This document shows, one piece after another, positions 53,773 to 63,518 of a stretch of DNA of 64,000 nucleotides (position 1 is the first letter of the stretch; every line of letters starts with the position of its first letter). The DNA comes from an uncultured Alphaproteobacteria bacterium. GTDB taxonomy: Bacteria; Pseudomonadota; Alphaproteobacteria; HIMB59. A program made the position numbers and the translations under genes. The notes beneath the pieces are model-generated. The model did not search any database and was not told the DNA's origin. It worked only from the letters and a program-made list of their open reading frames with translations. Location: NCBI GenBank assembly GCA_902594145.1, contig CACJLA010000001.1, positions 164,543-228,542 on the forward strand, written 5' to 3'.

Positions 53773-54881
53773 AAGAAATTCATCTCAGAACACGCTTTAT
53801 CAAATGAGATTTTATTTCCAATAAAATTTTTTCCCCTTTCACCTTGAAAAGCATCCTCAACATATTTATCCCATTCAATTTTTGGTATTCCAATTTCATT
53901 TAAATTTAATGGTGCTTCAAGAATTCTCAATGTTTCAGATAGTCTTTTTGAACTCTCAATGAGATCGACATTATAAATTTTTTCAAGGGATTTTTCTGTT
54001 TTTTCATCTTGGCCAATCAGACTCCTCATTATTGTCGGCAAAGTAAAAGAACAAGCTATTCCATGTGGAACATTAAAATTAATTGTTATCGGGTATGAAA
54101 TATTATGTGCTATTGCAGTTTTAGTATTTGAAAAAGCTAGACCTGCATGAACACAAGCTTTAGCCATTAAAGTTCTCAACTCTATGTTTTTTAAATCATT
54201 TACAAGTTTTGGAAGTGTATCGATCACGGTTTGAGCACCTGCAATTCCATGAAATGTTGAAATCGGATTTGAGTTTACATTCCAAATGCTTTCTAAGGAG
54301 TGGGACAATGCATCAAGACCAGTAGAAATAGTCAGATTTTTTGGCTTGTTGATCATTAACTTAGGGTCAATAACTGATATTTCAGGATATAAAGATTTAT
54401 CTGCTAATGAAAATTTACTTTTATACTCTTTATCCCAGACTGTAGCCCAGCACGTAAGTTCACTCGATGTGCCCGAAGTAGTAGGTATAGCTATAATTTT
54501 TTTTGGATCTTGAACGTAAGCTGATTTTTTATTTCTTACAAAATCATTTAAATATTTATTCTCACCTTTAAAAGCCGCAAGTAATTTGGCCGTATCCATG
54601 ACAGAGCCGCCTCCAAGAGCAACAACTGTATCAATTTGACTTTCTATTTTTGAAAATTTTTCCCCTGCAGAAATTAAATCTTGATAGTCTGGATTTGGTT
54701 GAACATCATCAAAGATTTCTAGAGGCTTATTTGATAAATTGTTAAAAAACTCTCTATACTTATCAAAGTTATCATCAGGATGGGTAACAAGAATGTACTT
54801 TCGATTACTTATTATATGTTCAATTTCATTAAATTTTTCCGAACCAAAAATAACATTTACTGGATTATAGTATTCCCACAT
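53769..54881 (-). CDS. Iron-containing (group III) alcohol dehydrogenase, phosphonate-cluster type
   Basis: NPV, GGGSVMD, PTTSGTSSE, DALSH, AH, HG metal ligands; last gene of the phnA-phnY run. Confidence 0.88.
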   Translation of the reverse strand: MWEYYNPVNVIFGSEKFNEIEHIISNRKYILVTHPDDNFDKYREFFNNLSNKPLEIFDDVQPNPDYQDLISAGEKFSKIESQIDTVVALGGGSVMDTAKLLAAFKGENKYLNDFVRNKKSAYVQDPKKIIAIPTTSGTSSELTCWATVWDKEYKSKFSLADKSLYPEISVIDPKLMINKPKNLTISTGLDALSHSLESIWNVNSNPISTFHGIAGAQTVIDTLPKLVNDLKNIELRTLMAKACVHAGLAFSNTKTAIAHNISYPITINFNVPHGIACSFTLPTIMRSLIGQDEKTEKSLEKIYNVDLIESSKRLSETLRILEAPLNLNEIGIPKIEWDKYVEDAFQGERGKNFIGNKISFDKACSEMNFF

Positions 54882-54886
54882 AAGAC

Positions 54887-55969
54887 TTAGAGATTTTTAA
54901 CAGCTTTTGAGAGAATTTGCATTTTTTGTTTTGCTTGATTTCTATCAAAAAACCCTAGACCACAATCAGGAGCAGCAATTAATCTTTCCTCATCAATATG
55001 CTCAAGAACTTCCCTGATCCTTTTTTGAATTTCCTCAACACTCTCCATACGACTTTTTGCTACATCAATCAGACCCATAATAACTTTGGTTTTTTTAAAT
55101 TTTTCTAATAATTTTAAATCTAAAGGTCGGTGAGAGTCTTCCAAAGAAACTTCGTCTATACTAGAGTCTTCAACTAAGTCAGCAATTTTATCATATGCAT
55201 CTAGGTCTGCTTTTTTGTAGTGTTCTGAGTCAAGCGAGTTAGGATAACCGCAGCAAATATGACAAGCTTTTTGAGTTTCTTTTAGTATTCCATGCATTGC
55301 TCTTTCTAAGTTTTCCATACCATAATCGTGTGTTTCTTCTGGTTTTCTGGCGAACACTGGCTCATCAATTTGAATGTATTGACAACCAGCTTCGGATAGA
55401 GCCTTAACTTCATTACTAATACATAAAGCTAGATCATAACCCATTTTTTTGGGATCATTATAATAATCATCTGCAATGGAGTCAGTTACTGTCATAGGAC
55501 CAGGTATAGTTATTTTCACTGGGTTATTAGTAAACTGCTGTGCAGATTTCCAATCATCTACTAATCGTAATGATTTATTTGAAACTTTACTTGTAATTGT
55601 TGGGAGTGTTGCTTCAAAAGCTCCTTTCCTAACTGATTTAGTCGTTAATTGTTCAAAGCTTACCCCATTAAAAAATCTCAATTGATAAAAAATATAATTT
55701 TCTCGCCTTACTTCACCATCTGTGGGGATATCTATTCCGCTACTTGTCTGATCAAGAATTACTTCTTCAATAGCTTTTAAGAATAGTTTTTCTTTTTCCT
55801 CATCTTTCTCTTCATATACTTTATGGTCTTCACTTTTGGGATCCCAATTGGATAACAATCCCTTGGATTGTTTTTTTTCTTCGTCAGATTTATCTTGAAG
55901 AAACCAATCTCTTATAGGGGTGTAATTAGGTTTTGGATAAGCTCCAATAGTTGTAGTTTTAATGCTCAT
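54887..55969 (-). CDS. Stand-alone MetE catalytic-domain (cobalamin-independent methionine synthase II family) Zn enzyme
   Basis: IGAYPKP, DGEVRR, PGPMT, IQIDEP; Zn ligands HIC, E and PDCGL; no N-terminal folate-binding barrel (360 aa). Confidence 0.85.
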   Translation of the reverse strand: MSIKTTTIGAYPKPNYTPIRDWFLQDKSDEEKKQSKGLLSNWDPKSEDHKVYEEKDEEKEKLFLKAIEEVILDQTSSGIDIPTDGEVRRENYIFYQLRFFNGVSFEQLTTKSVRKGAFEATLPTITSKVSNKSLRLVDDWKSAQQFTNNPVKITIPGPMTVTDSIADDYYNDPKKMGYDLALCISNEVKALSEAGCQYIQIDEPVFARKPEETHDYGMENLERAMHGILKETQKACHICCGYPNSLDSEHYKKADLDAYDKIADLVEDSSIDEVSLEDSHRPLDLKLLEKFKKTKVIMGLIDVAKSRMESVEEIQKRIREVLEHIDEERLIAAPDCGLGFFDRNQAKQKMQILSKAVKNL

Positions 55970-55970
55970 T

Positions 55971-56007
55971 TAAAAAAAAACAGCAGCCAGTATAATGACT
56001 GCTGTTT
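55971..56007 (-). terminator. Intrinsic terminator after the SBP gene
   Basis: Minus strand: aaacagcagtca-ttatac-tggctgctgttt with a 9-T run. Confidence 0.75.
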
Positions 56008-56039
56008 AAAAATCTAATGATAAACGGAATTAAAAAGAC

Positions 56040-57275
56040 TTACATTAAGTCTTCAATCTCCTCCATCATTTCGGCCTGTAGATCACCCATATCGTCTGCA
56101 TCACCTGTAGCAATTTCTTCTGTGTAGTCATAAATTACTTGTGTCACAGCAAGACCGTTTTCTCCAGGATATGCGAACCAATCAGCTAACAAAGGCAGCT
56201 GATTAACAGCAGTTAACTTGTTGGGGTTTGCATCATAAAAATCACCTAACAGGTCATTTGCAGCTTTGTTAGGAGGAACGTAACCTGTTGTTTCTGCAAC
56301 AGCAGCTGCTCCTACACCTGATGTGATAAACTTTAAAAATGTCCATGCCGCTTGTACTCTTTCAGGATCATCTGATGTAGTAACTAACATCGCTGCGTTA
56401 CCACCGGCAGGTAGTCTAGCTGGAGTTCCACCATTAACACCAGGTATTCCTGGGAAAGGCGCAGTCTTTAGCTCAAAGTCAGCTTTAGCAGCTTCAACAG
56501 AGCCTAAACTACTAGTACTCCAAAACATCATACCAATAGTGCCTGCATTAAACGCAGCTTGTCCGTCAGCAATAGAATAGTTAGGCATATTACAGCCACC
56601 CATGATATCTTTCATTTGTTCTAAAGTTTTTAGACCAGCATCTCCTCCCATATTGACTGCTCCATCTTTAACCATTGGAACATTTTGGCTATGCATTAGA
56701 GCTTGATGGAACCAGTTACCTGTAATATTCCATCCAAAGTAAAGAGTACCGTGTCCTGCAGCTTCTAATTTATTACAAGCGTCAATGACTTCATCCCAAT
56801 TTGATGGAATGCTGCTAACACCAGCACTTGCTAAAAGATCCATGTTGTAGTAACCAACTGGAGTTGATACTGAAAATGGCAAGCCATAAACCTCTCCTCC
56901 AAAGGTAGATAAGCTCAACATAGCTTCATGATAACCGTCTTTTGCAAAATCTGGCTCATTAGCAATGAAAGGCTCTAAAGATAAAGCGATACCTTTGTCT
57001 ACTAAAGGTGCTTGTCTATTAAGACCTTGCATGGTGATATCAGGTAAGTTTCCTGATGTTGACTCTCTTAGTATAGTAGCAGTAGCATCTTCATAGTTTT
57101 CATAAGTTGCTCTGAACTTAACTTTAATGTCAGGATGAGCTTTTTCAAACTCTGGCATAATTGCCTGGTATGTCACATCGAACAAACCTGAATAAGGATA
57201 TGCAAATTCAATTTCTACCGCATTAGCGTTGTATGCGAAAACTGATGCAAAAAATCCTAAGATTACTTTTTTCAT
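56040..57275 (-). CDS. CUT1/UgpB-like ABC substrate-binding protein
   Basis: Signal peptide, YGLPFSVSTP, PAGG, AAWTFLKF, TGYVP; strong SD aaggaggg. Confidence 0.88.
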   Translation of the reverse strand: MKKVILGFFASVFAYNANAVEIEFAYPYSGLFDVTYQAIMPEFEKAHPDIKVKFRATYENYEDATATILRESTSGNLPDITMQGLNRQAPLVDKGIALSLEPFIANEPDFAKDGYHEAMLSLSTFGGEVYGLPFSVSTPVGYYNMDLLASAGVSSIPSNWDEVIDACNKLEAAGHGTLYFGWNITGNWFHQALMHSQNVPMVKDGAVNMGGDAGLKTLEQMKDIMGGCNMPNYSIADGQAAFNAGTIGMMFWSTSSLGSVEAAKADFELKTAPFPGIPGVNGGTPARLPAGGNAAMLVTTSDDPERVQAAWTFLKFITSGVGAAAVAETTGYVPPNKAANDLLGDFYDANPNKLTAVNQLPLLADWFAYPGENGLAVTQVIYDYTEEIATGDADDMGDLQAEMMEEIEDLM

Positions 57276-57315
57276 AGTCCCTCCTTAAAATAATAATAAT
57301 TACTTATTAAATCCT

Positions 57316-57337
57316 TAATGTTAAGAATATGTTAAAT
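57316..57337 (-). promoter_or_regulatory. Putative Pho box upstream of the SBP gene
   Basis: Minus strand atttaac-atat / tcttaac-atta, close to pstS ctttaac-atat / ttgtaac-ataa. Confidence 0.65.
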
Positions 57338-57407
57338 TTTTAAAGCAAAGTAGAAATAATCAGTATGTGTGAGAAAAAATCTGTGAATAGTTCCTAAAAG
57401 CTGTTAA

Positions 57408-58847
57408 TTACCAAGGTAATGAGAAGGTCTTTACATTTGTGTAACTTTTCATAGCCTCTATTACACCCTCTTTATAGCCTAATCCTGAGTCTTTTATTCC
57501 ACCAAAAGGTGACATCTCAATTCTGTAACCGGGCACTTCCCAAATATTAACTGTGCCCACATTAAGACCGCTTATGTATTTTTTAATTCTTCTAAAATCG
57601 TTACTACAAACACCTGATGACAAACCAAAGGCCGTTGAATTTGAAATTTCCATTACTTTTTCATCTTCATTGGGAACTCTAATGACAGGCACAATTGGAC
57701 CAAAGGTTTCTTCAACAACAAGTTCTGATTTATAATTAACGTTGTCTATAAAAATTGGTGGCACAAGAGCTTCTTGGACCCCAGGGTTATAAAGAATTTT
57801 TGCACCATCCTGTTCAGCTTTATTTACTCTGTCATTAAACATACTTGCTGCCTCTTTATTAATTACTGTGCCCAACTGATTATTAATATCCATGGGATCA
57901 CCAAATTTTATTGCTTTTGCTTTTTCCAAAGCAAGCTCGACAAATTTATCAGCAACTGATTCTTGAACTAATATTCTTTTTACAGCAGTGCATCTTTGAC
58001 CGGAGTTTTTTGTTGCTCCCATGATTGCTAGATCAGCTGCTTTATTTAAATCATCATCATCTAAGTCACTCAAAACTATTAAAGGGTCGTTTCCACCTAA
58101 CTCTAAAACAGTTCTTTTGTAACCTGCATTTTCAGCTATCAGTTTTCCAACACCAACGCTTCCTGTAAAAGTAATTAAATCTATATTTTTATTTTTAATT
58201 ACTTCATTCCCAATGTCTTCAGGCCATCCTGTTAAAATTGAAAACATTTCTGGAGGAAGGCCACATTCATATAAAATATCTGCTAGTAGCATAGCTGTTA
58301 AAGGGGTCAATTCTGTTTGTTTACAAACAGTACAGTTGTTAGTTGCTATTGATGGAGCTATTTTGTGAGCAACCATATTTAAAGGATGATTAAATGGAGT
58401 GATTGCAGATATAGTGTTAAGCGGTTCTCTAATTGTAAATATTTTTCTTTGTTTTCCATGAGGTGTTAAATCACAAGAGTAAATTTCTCCGTCATCCTGG
58501 ATACAAAGCTGAGCAGTAAGAGAAAATACATCAAAGGCTCTACCAACTTCATAAAGCGTATCTTGTTTCGATAGCCCAGACTCAAGTGAAATTAGATCAG
58601 AGATTTGTTCTTTTCTCTCAACAAGTGTTTCAGCAGTCTTTTGAAGTATTTTTTGACGATCATATCTAGATAAATTAGGTTTATAATTTGCAGCAATATC
58701 AAAGGCTTTTTGAGCATGTTCTGCTGTGCCAGCTGGTACTGTGCCTATAACTTTACCTGTGAAGGGATAGATAACATCAATCTTGTTATCGGTGTGAACA
58801 GTTTTTCCACCAATCCTCATACCCTCATTAATAATTTTATCAGTCAT
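57408..58847 (-). CDS. phnY: Phosphonoacetaldehyde dehydrogenase
   Basis: [51 protein letters not shown]; adjacent to phnA. Confidence 0.92.
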   Translation of the reverse strand: MTDKIINEGMRIGGKTVHTDNKIDVIYPFTGKVIGTVPAGTAEHAQKAFDIAANYKPNLSRYDRQKILQKTAETLVERKEQISDLISLESGLSKQDTLYEVGRAFDVFSLTAQLCIQDDGEIYSCDLTPHGKQRKIFTIREPLNTISAITPFNHPLNMVAHKIAPSIATNNCTVCKQTELTPLTAMLLADILYECGLPPEMFSILTGWPEDIGNEVIKNKNIDLITFTGSVGVGKLIAENAGYKRTVLELGGNDPLIVLSDLDDDDLNKAADLAIMGATKNSGQRCTAVKRILVQESVADKFVELALEKAKAIKFGDPMDINNQLGTVINKEAASMFNDRVNKAEQDGAKILYNPGVQEALVPPIFIDNVNYKSELVVEETFGPIVPVIRVPNEDEKVMEISNSTAFGLSSGVCSNDFRRIKKYISGLNVGTVNIWEVPGYRIEMSPFGGIKDSGLGYKEGVIEAMKSYTNVKTFSLPW

Positions 58848-58849
58848 GA

Positions 58850-60085
58850 TTAAGCTCCATTAATAGTATAAAAAAATGCATCATAGTTATTTAAACTTTG
58901 ATCTTTGGCAATGTTTAGTTTTTTATTAGAAATAAAAGGAACTTCTCTTTCATGATGACCTCCATGAGATCTAAGGGGTTCCTTTAATTTTGAAAGATCA
59001 TGATTAGCTTTTGAGGTACCAATTGTCATATCTTCAGATGACATGCATACGATATCACCTATTCTATCTGAAGGTAGCCTATATTCTCTACATGCTTCTT
59101 CTTGTTTAACAACTACTTCAATTTCTTTAATTGATGATATTTTGCTAATTGTTTCACCAATTTTTGATTTATCTTTTACATATATAGTGGCAAACGATCC
59201 CAGTGAACCATGATGAACTACATAAGGGTCAGTAATTGGAAGTATTACTTTAGCCTCATCTTTACCCATTTGATCATCTAAATAATCTTGAAGGAAGATG
59301 GCATTAGGTTCTCCATTAATATTTGCTTTAGACTTCATTCCATGATCTGCAGTGATGACAACCGAATTCCCATTACTACAAATTTTACTGACATACTTAT
59401 CAAACATCTGATAAAAATCATTTGCTTCTTTATCTCCAGGTGCATATTTGTGTTGAATAAAGTCAGTGGTAGATAAATACATAATGTCAGGATTAAATTC
59501 TTCAAGTAATTTTACCCCAGCTGCCATAACAAATTCTGATAGATCCTGAGAATATACTTCAGGTACTTTCATTCCAATCCAGTCATTAATATTTTCAATA
59601 CCATTTTCACTGAGAGTGGCCTGATCTGATTTTTCTGATGAAAAACAGATTGCTCTTCCTTCATTAAATTTTAAACCATTACCTAAAAGAGTCCTTAATT
59701 TATCCTTAGCAGTGATTACTGCTATTTTATAACCTTCATTATAATATTTCTCAAAAATAGTTGGAGCTCTTAAATATTTTGGATCATTCATCATCACTTC
59801 TTCACCGGTTGATGGGGTATAAAAGAAATTACCACTTATTCCATGAACATCACTAGGCTGCCCTGTGACTATCGAAATGTTGTTAGGGTTTGTAAAACTG
59901 GGAATAGCACTGTTAGCCATCAGATATTGGCCATTTTCCAGTATTTTATCAAGATTTGGTGTCAATCCTTTTGAAGAGGCGATATCAATATACTCTTTTT
60001 GACTACCATCAAGGCATATAACTACTACAGTTGAAGAAAGTGATTTATTGTATTGTCTTTTGTTTATTTCAATTTTATCACTCAT
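58850..60085 (-). CDS. phnA: Phosphonoacetate hydrolase
   Basis: [12 protein letters not shown] (Thr nucleophile), [25 protein letters not shown]. Confidence 0.94.
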   Translation of the reverse strand: MSDKIEINKRQYNKSLSSTVVVICLDGSQKEYIDIASSKGLTPNLDKILENGQYLMANSAIPSFTNPNNISIVTGQPSDVHGISGNFFYTPSTGEEVMMNDPKYLRAPTIFEKYYNEGYKIAVITAKDKLRTLLGNGLKFNEGRAICFSSEKSDQATLSENGIENINDWIGMKVPEVYSQDLSEFVMAAGVKLLEEFNPDIMYLSTTDFIQHKYAPGDKEANDFYQMFDKYVSKICSNGNSVVITADHGMKSKANINGEPNAIFLQDYLDDQMGKDEAKVILPITDPYVVHHGSLGSFATIYVKDKSKIGETISKISSIKEIEVVVKQEEACREYRLPSDRIGDIVCMSSEDMTIGTSKANHDLSKLKEPLRSHGGHHEREVPFISNKKLNIAKDQSLNNYDAFFYTINGA

Positions 60086-60119
60086 AATTACTATTGCTTC
60101 ATATAAAGAACAAACTTCC

Positions 60120-60167
60120 GATTAATGTAAAATTAATTCATAAAGTTTTAACATAAATTTTACAAAT
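60120..60167. promoter_or_regulatory. Putative Pho-box repeats in the divergent phnA/ATPase promoter
   Basis: Plus strand aattcat-aaag / ttttaac-ataa / attttac (60135-60163); minus strand aattaat-ttta-cattaat (60121-60138). Confidence 0.5.
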
Positions 60168-60221
60168 TTACTTTTAAAATGTCCTAATCAGAACTATTTT
60201 AGTTTTGAGGAATAAAAATAG

Positions 60222-61340
60222 ATGGGGACAATTTCTTTAAAGAACATCAATAAGTCATTTGGTTCAACTGAGGTGCTTAAACAACTAAGCCTTGATATCC
60301 AAGATGGTGAATTCTTAACATTAGTCGGTCCATCAGGTTGTGGCAAATCCACTTTGTTAAAAATTATTGCCGGATTGGAGCAACAAAATAGTGGCGATGT
60401 AATTATTGATGATAAGAATGTTAACAGCACCAGAGCTAGCAAGAGAGATTTAGCAATGGTTTTCCAATCTTACGCTCTTTACCCGCACCTGACTGTCAGA
60501 AAGAATCTAGAAACACCTTTGAAATTAAGAGACTATAGTTTTGTAGAGAGGTTGCCTCTTGTTGGTAATTTTGTACCTAGTAGAAAAGAAAAAAAGAAAT
60601 CAATTGATGACCTTGTTTTTAAAACATCTGAAACTTTAAAAATAACAGAACTACTTGATAGAAAGCCAGGTCAATTATCTGGTGGTCAAAGACAAAGAGC
60701 GGCATTAGGAAGGGCGATGGTAAGAGAACCAGTTGCATTTTTAATGGACGAACCCTTATCAAATCTTGACGCTGCATTAAGGGTTCATATGAGATCTGAG
60801 CTATCCGAGCTCCATAACTCTTTAAAGACCACTTTCATTTATGTGACGCATGATCAAGCAGAAGCACTTACAATGTCAACTCGAATGGCAGTTATGATTG
60901 ATGGTGAACTTTTACAACTAGATACCCCAAGTGAGGTTTATAACAATCCTTCATCTTTGAGGGTTGCAGAATTTGTTGGTAGCCCAAAGATTAACACATT
61001 TGATGCTGAGATTAGATCTGATGGTTTCGCTGAATTTAACGGCATCAGGCTAGAGAAAAAATTTAATACTAATAGTCAAAAAGCCTTAGTTGCTGTGAGA
61101 CCAGAACATTTAGAAATTACAAAGGATTCAAACAAACCTGCATTTGAGGCTAAAGTTTCATACAAAGAAAATCTTGGTTCAGATATATTTTACCATGTTC
61201 AAGTTGATCAGTCTGACTCAAAGATCATAGTGAGAGGTTCACCACAAGCCGGACTGATTTCAAATGGGGAAACAATTAAAATATGTCCCTCTCATTCCGA
61301 AGCTATGCTTTTTGAAATATCTGGTGAGAGAATTAGATAA
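60222..61340 (+). CDS. MalK/UgpC-like ABC ATPase
   Basis: [40 protein letters not shown] domain. Confidence 0.93.
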   Translation: MGTISLKNINKSFGSTEVLKQLSLDIQDGEFLTLVGPSGCGKSTLLKIIAGLEQQNSGDVIIDDKNVNSTRASKRDLAMVFQSYALYPHLTVRKNLETPLKLRDYSFVERLPLVGNFVPSRKEKKKSIDDLVFKTSETLKITELLDRKPGQLSGGQRQRAALGRAMVREPVAFLMDEPLSNLDAALRVHMRSELSELHNSLKTTFIYVTHDQAEALTMSTRMAVMIDGELLQLDTPSEVYNNPSSLRVAEFVGSPKINTFDAEIRSDGFAEFNGIRLEKKFNTNSQKALVAVRPEHLEITKDSNKPAFEAKVSYKENLGSDIFYHVQVDQSDSKIIVRGSPQAGLISNGETIKICPSHSEAMLFEISGERIR

Positions 61341-61342
61341 AT

Positions 61343-62299
61343 ATGCACTATTCTAAAGCGCATATTTGGTTTGTTTGGCCTGCAATCATATTAATGATTG
61401 TAATATTAATACTTCCAATTTTTTTAGCCGGAGGTATTTCATTTACTAATTATAATCTTGGTAATTCTAGTTTTGAATGGGTTGGTATGGAGAATTATGA
61501 AAAAATGTTCTCTAGAAAAACCTATACAAAAATGATTATAGCTACCGCCACGTATGTTTTAATAGTTGTACCCGCTTCAGTTATTATAGGATTGGCAGCT
61601 GCTGTCATGCTTAATTCTCTCAGATTTGGTGCAGATATATATAAAACCATTTTCTTTTTACCTGTGATGGCAACTTTGTTAGCTATGGCTATTGCATGGG
61701 AATTTACTCTTCACCCCACTCTTGGAATTATTAATTCTTTTTTAGCTGATGGTTGTGGAGGTATTCGAGAATTTATTTTAGGTTTCCATTGGTTACCATG
61801 GGTTGGTTCCGAAGATAGCTGGTACAGTGTTGCTTGTGCAAACAATATGGACTTTCCATATTGGTTAAAAGATAAAAAAACAGCTATTTGGACAATTTGT
61901 TTTATTGGTATCTGGCAAGCATTTGGCTTTAATATGGTACTCTACTTAGCAGGATTAACCAGCATACCTCGTGAGTTATATCATGCCGCGGAAATGGATG
62001 GGGCTCATTCAACTTGGGAGCAATTCAAACTTGTCACTTGGCCTATGTTAGGCCCAACTACTTTATTCGTAGTAACTATAACTACAATAAGATCTTTTCA
62101 AGTCTTTGATACAATTGAAATACTTACAAAGGGAGGACCATCGAAGACTACATATGTGATGATGTATGCTATATTTGAAAAGGCTATCATGCAAAATATC
62201 ACCAGTATTGGAGCAGCTATAACTGTTGTATTTATTGTATTTATAATTCTACTAACTTTTTTCCAACGCTATGTCATAGAGAAAAGAGTTCATTACTAA
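61343..62299 (+). CDS. CUT1 ABC permease (UgpA-like)
   Basis: GFNMVLYLAGL..IP.ELYHAAEMDGA EAA motif; multiple TM segments. Confidence 0.92.
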   Translation: MHYSKAHIWFVWPAIILMIVILILPIFLAGGISFTNYNLGNSSFEWVGMENYEKMFSRKTYTKMIIATATYVLIVVPASVIIGLAAAVMLNSLRFGADIYKTIFFLPVMATLLAMAIAWEFTLHPTLGIINSFLADGCGGIREFILGFHWLPWVGSEDSWYSVACANNMDFPYWLKDKKTAIWTICFIGIWQAFGFNMVLYLAGLTSIPRELYHAAEMDGAHSTWEQFKLVTWPMLGPTTLFVVTITTIRSFQVFDTIEILTKGGPSKTTYVMMYAIFEKAIMQNITSIGAAITVVFIVFIILLTFFQRYVIEKRVHY

Positions 62300-62300
62300 A

Positions 62301-63194
62301 ATGTTAGCTAGACATTATATTGGCGAGTCATGGAAGCACGGACTGCTCATTATCGGTGCGCTAATTGTGTTGATACCATTTTATATGATGGTTTCCATGT
62401 CTCTGAAATCACAACAAGAAATTCAGTCAATATCCGGAGGTTTAGTTGGAGCGCAAGAGATCCAAACATTCCCTGTTTGTACTAAGCACGGATATACCGA
62501 AGAGGTATGTACAATGCGTCCTTACAAATACAATTTCTGGTTTGCTTTCAAAAAAGCTCCAATTCCGAGGTATTTAATGAATGGTTTGATTGTGACTGTG
62601 TCAATTTTTTTAATACAAGTCTTAATCGCTCTTCCGTGTTCTTACGCTCTCGCAAAACTCAGGTTTAAAGGAAGAGAATTTGTGTTTTCAATGGTTCTTT
62701 TTTGTCTTTTAATACCTGTTCATGCTATCGCTTTACCCTTATATGTGATGTTGGCAAAGGCTGGTCTCGTAGACACGTATGCAGCCTTGATAATACCCTG
62801 GACGATATCAGTATTTGGTATTTTTCTTATGCGGCAATTCTTTATGACAGTGCCAGATGAACTAATTGATGCTGCTAGGATGGATGGAATGGGAGAATAC
62901 TCTATTGTTTGGAAAGTAATGCTTCCCGTAGCGATACCTGCGTTACTAGCTTTTGCAATTTTCTCTGTTGTTGCTCACTGGAATGATTATTTTTGGCCTC
63001 GGATTGTCATTACCGGTAATCGTGATTTATTTACACCACCACTAGGTATTAGAGAATTTAGAGGCGGAATTGATAGTGATGAATTTGGACCAATGATGGC
63101 ATCAATAGTTACTGTGACAGTTCCACTGATTGTGGCTTTCATCATAGCTCAAAAGAGATTTGTCGAAGGCATTACCATGACTGGAATGAAATAA
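62301..63194 (+). CDS. CUT1 ABC permease (UgpE-like)
   Basis: FLMRQFF.VPDELIDAARMDG, WNDYFWP, QKRFVEG. Confidence 0.92.
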   Translation: MLARHYIGESWKHGLLIIGALIVLIPFYMMVSMSLKSQQEIQSISGGLVGAQEIQTFPVCTKHGYTEEVCTMRPYKYNFWFAFKKAPIPRYLMNGLIVTVSIFLIQVLIALPCSYALAKLRFKGREFVFSMVLFCLLIPVHAIALPLYVMLAKAGLVDTYAALIIPWTISVFGIFLMRQFFMTVPDELIDAARMDGMGEYSIVWKVMLPVAIPALLAFAIFSVVAHWNDYFWPRIVITGNRDLFTPPLGIREFRGGIDSDEFGPMMASIVTVTVPLIVAFIIAQKRFVEGITMTGMK

Positions 63195-63195
63195 A

Positions 63196-63516
63196 TTATT
63201 TTCCAAAAGAATTTACTAATATAATGCCGATAACTATCAAGGTGCAACCTATCACTGCAAATATATTTGGTGATTGACCGAACTTTAAAATACTTAAAAG
63301 AAATGTTCCAAAAATCACTAATCCGGCATATGAGGCATAGGCCGTTCCCATAGGGAGAAATTTCATTACTTTAGAGATAAAAAAGACAGCAATAATTATA
63401 GAAATAGCGCTCAAAGAGGTAGGAATAATTTTTATATAACCATCAGAAATCTTTGCAAAATTATTTGATAATATTCCAAATATTATTGCTGCAGTGAGAT
63501 AAATATAACCAATCAC
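63196..63516 (-). CDS. SMR/DMT-family small transporter
   Basis: Four TM helices, K.SDG, P.GTAYA.Y.G pattern; conserved TM1 Glu replaced by Gly. Confidence 0.8.
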   Translation of the reverse strand: MIGYIYLTAAIIFGILSNNFAKISDGYIKIIPTSLSAISIIIAVFFISKVMKFLPMGTAYASYAGLVIFGTFLLSILKFGQSPNIFAVIGCTLIVIGIILVNSFGK

Positions 63517-63518
63517 TT

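Noticed and set aside
56040-57275. Calling the SBP AepX or PhnS
   Set aside because: The sequence and partner genes (two CUT1 permeases, MalK-type ATPase) are Ugp/sugar type; the substrate cannot be assigned from sequence.
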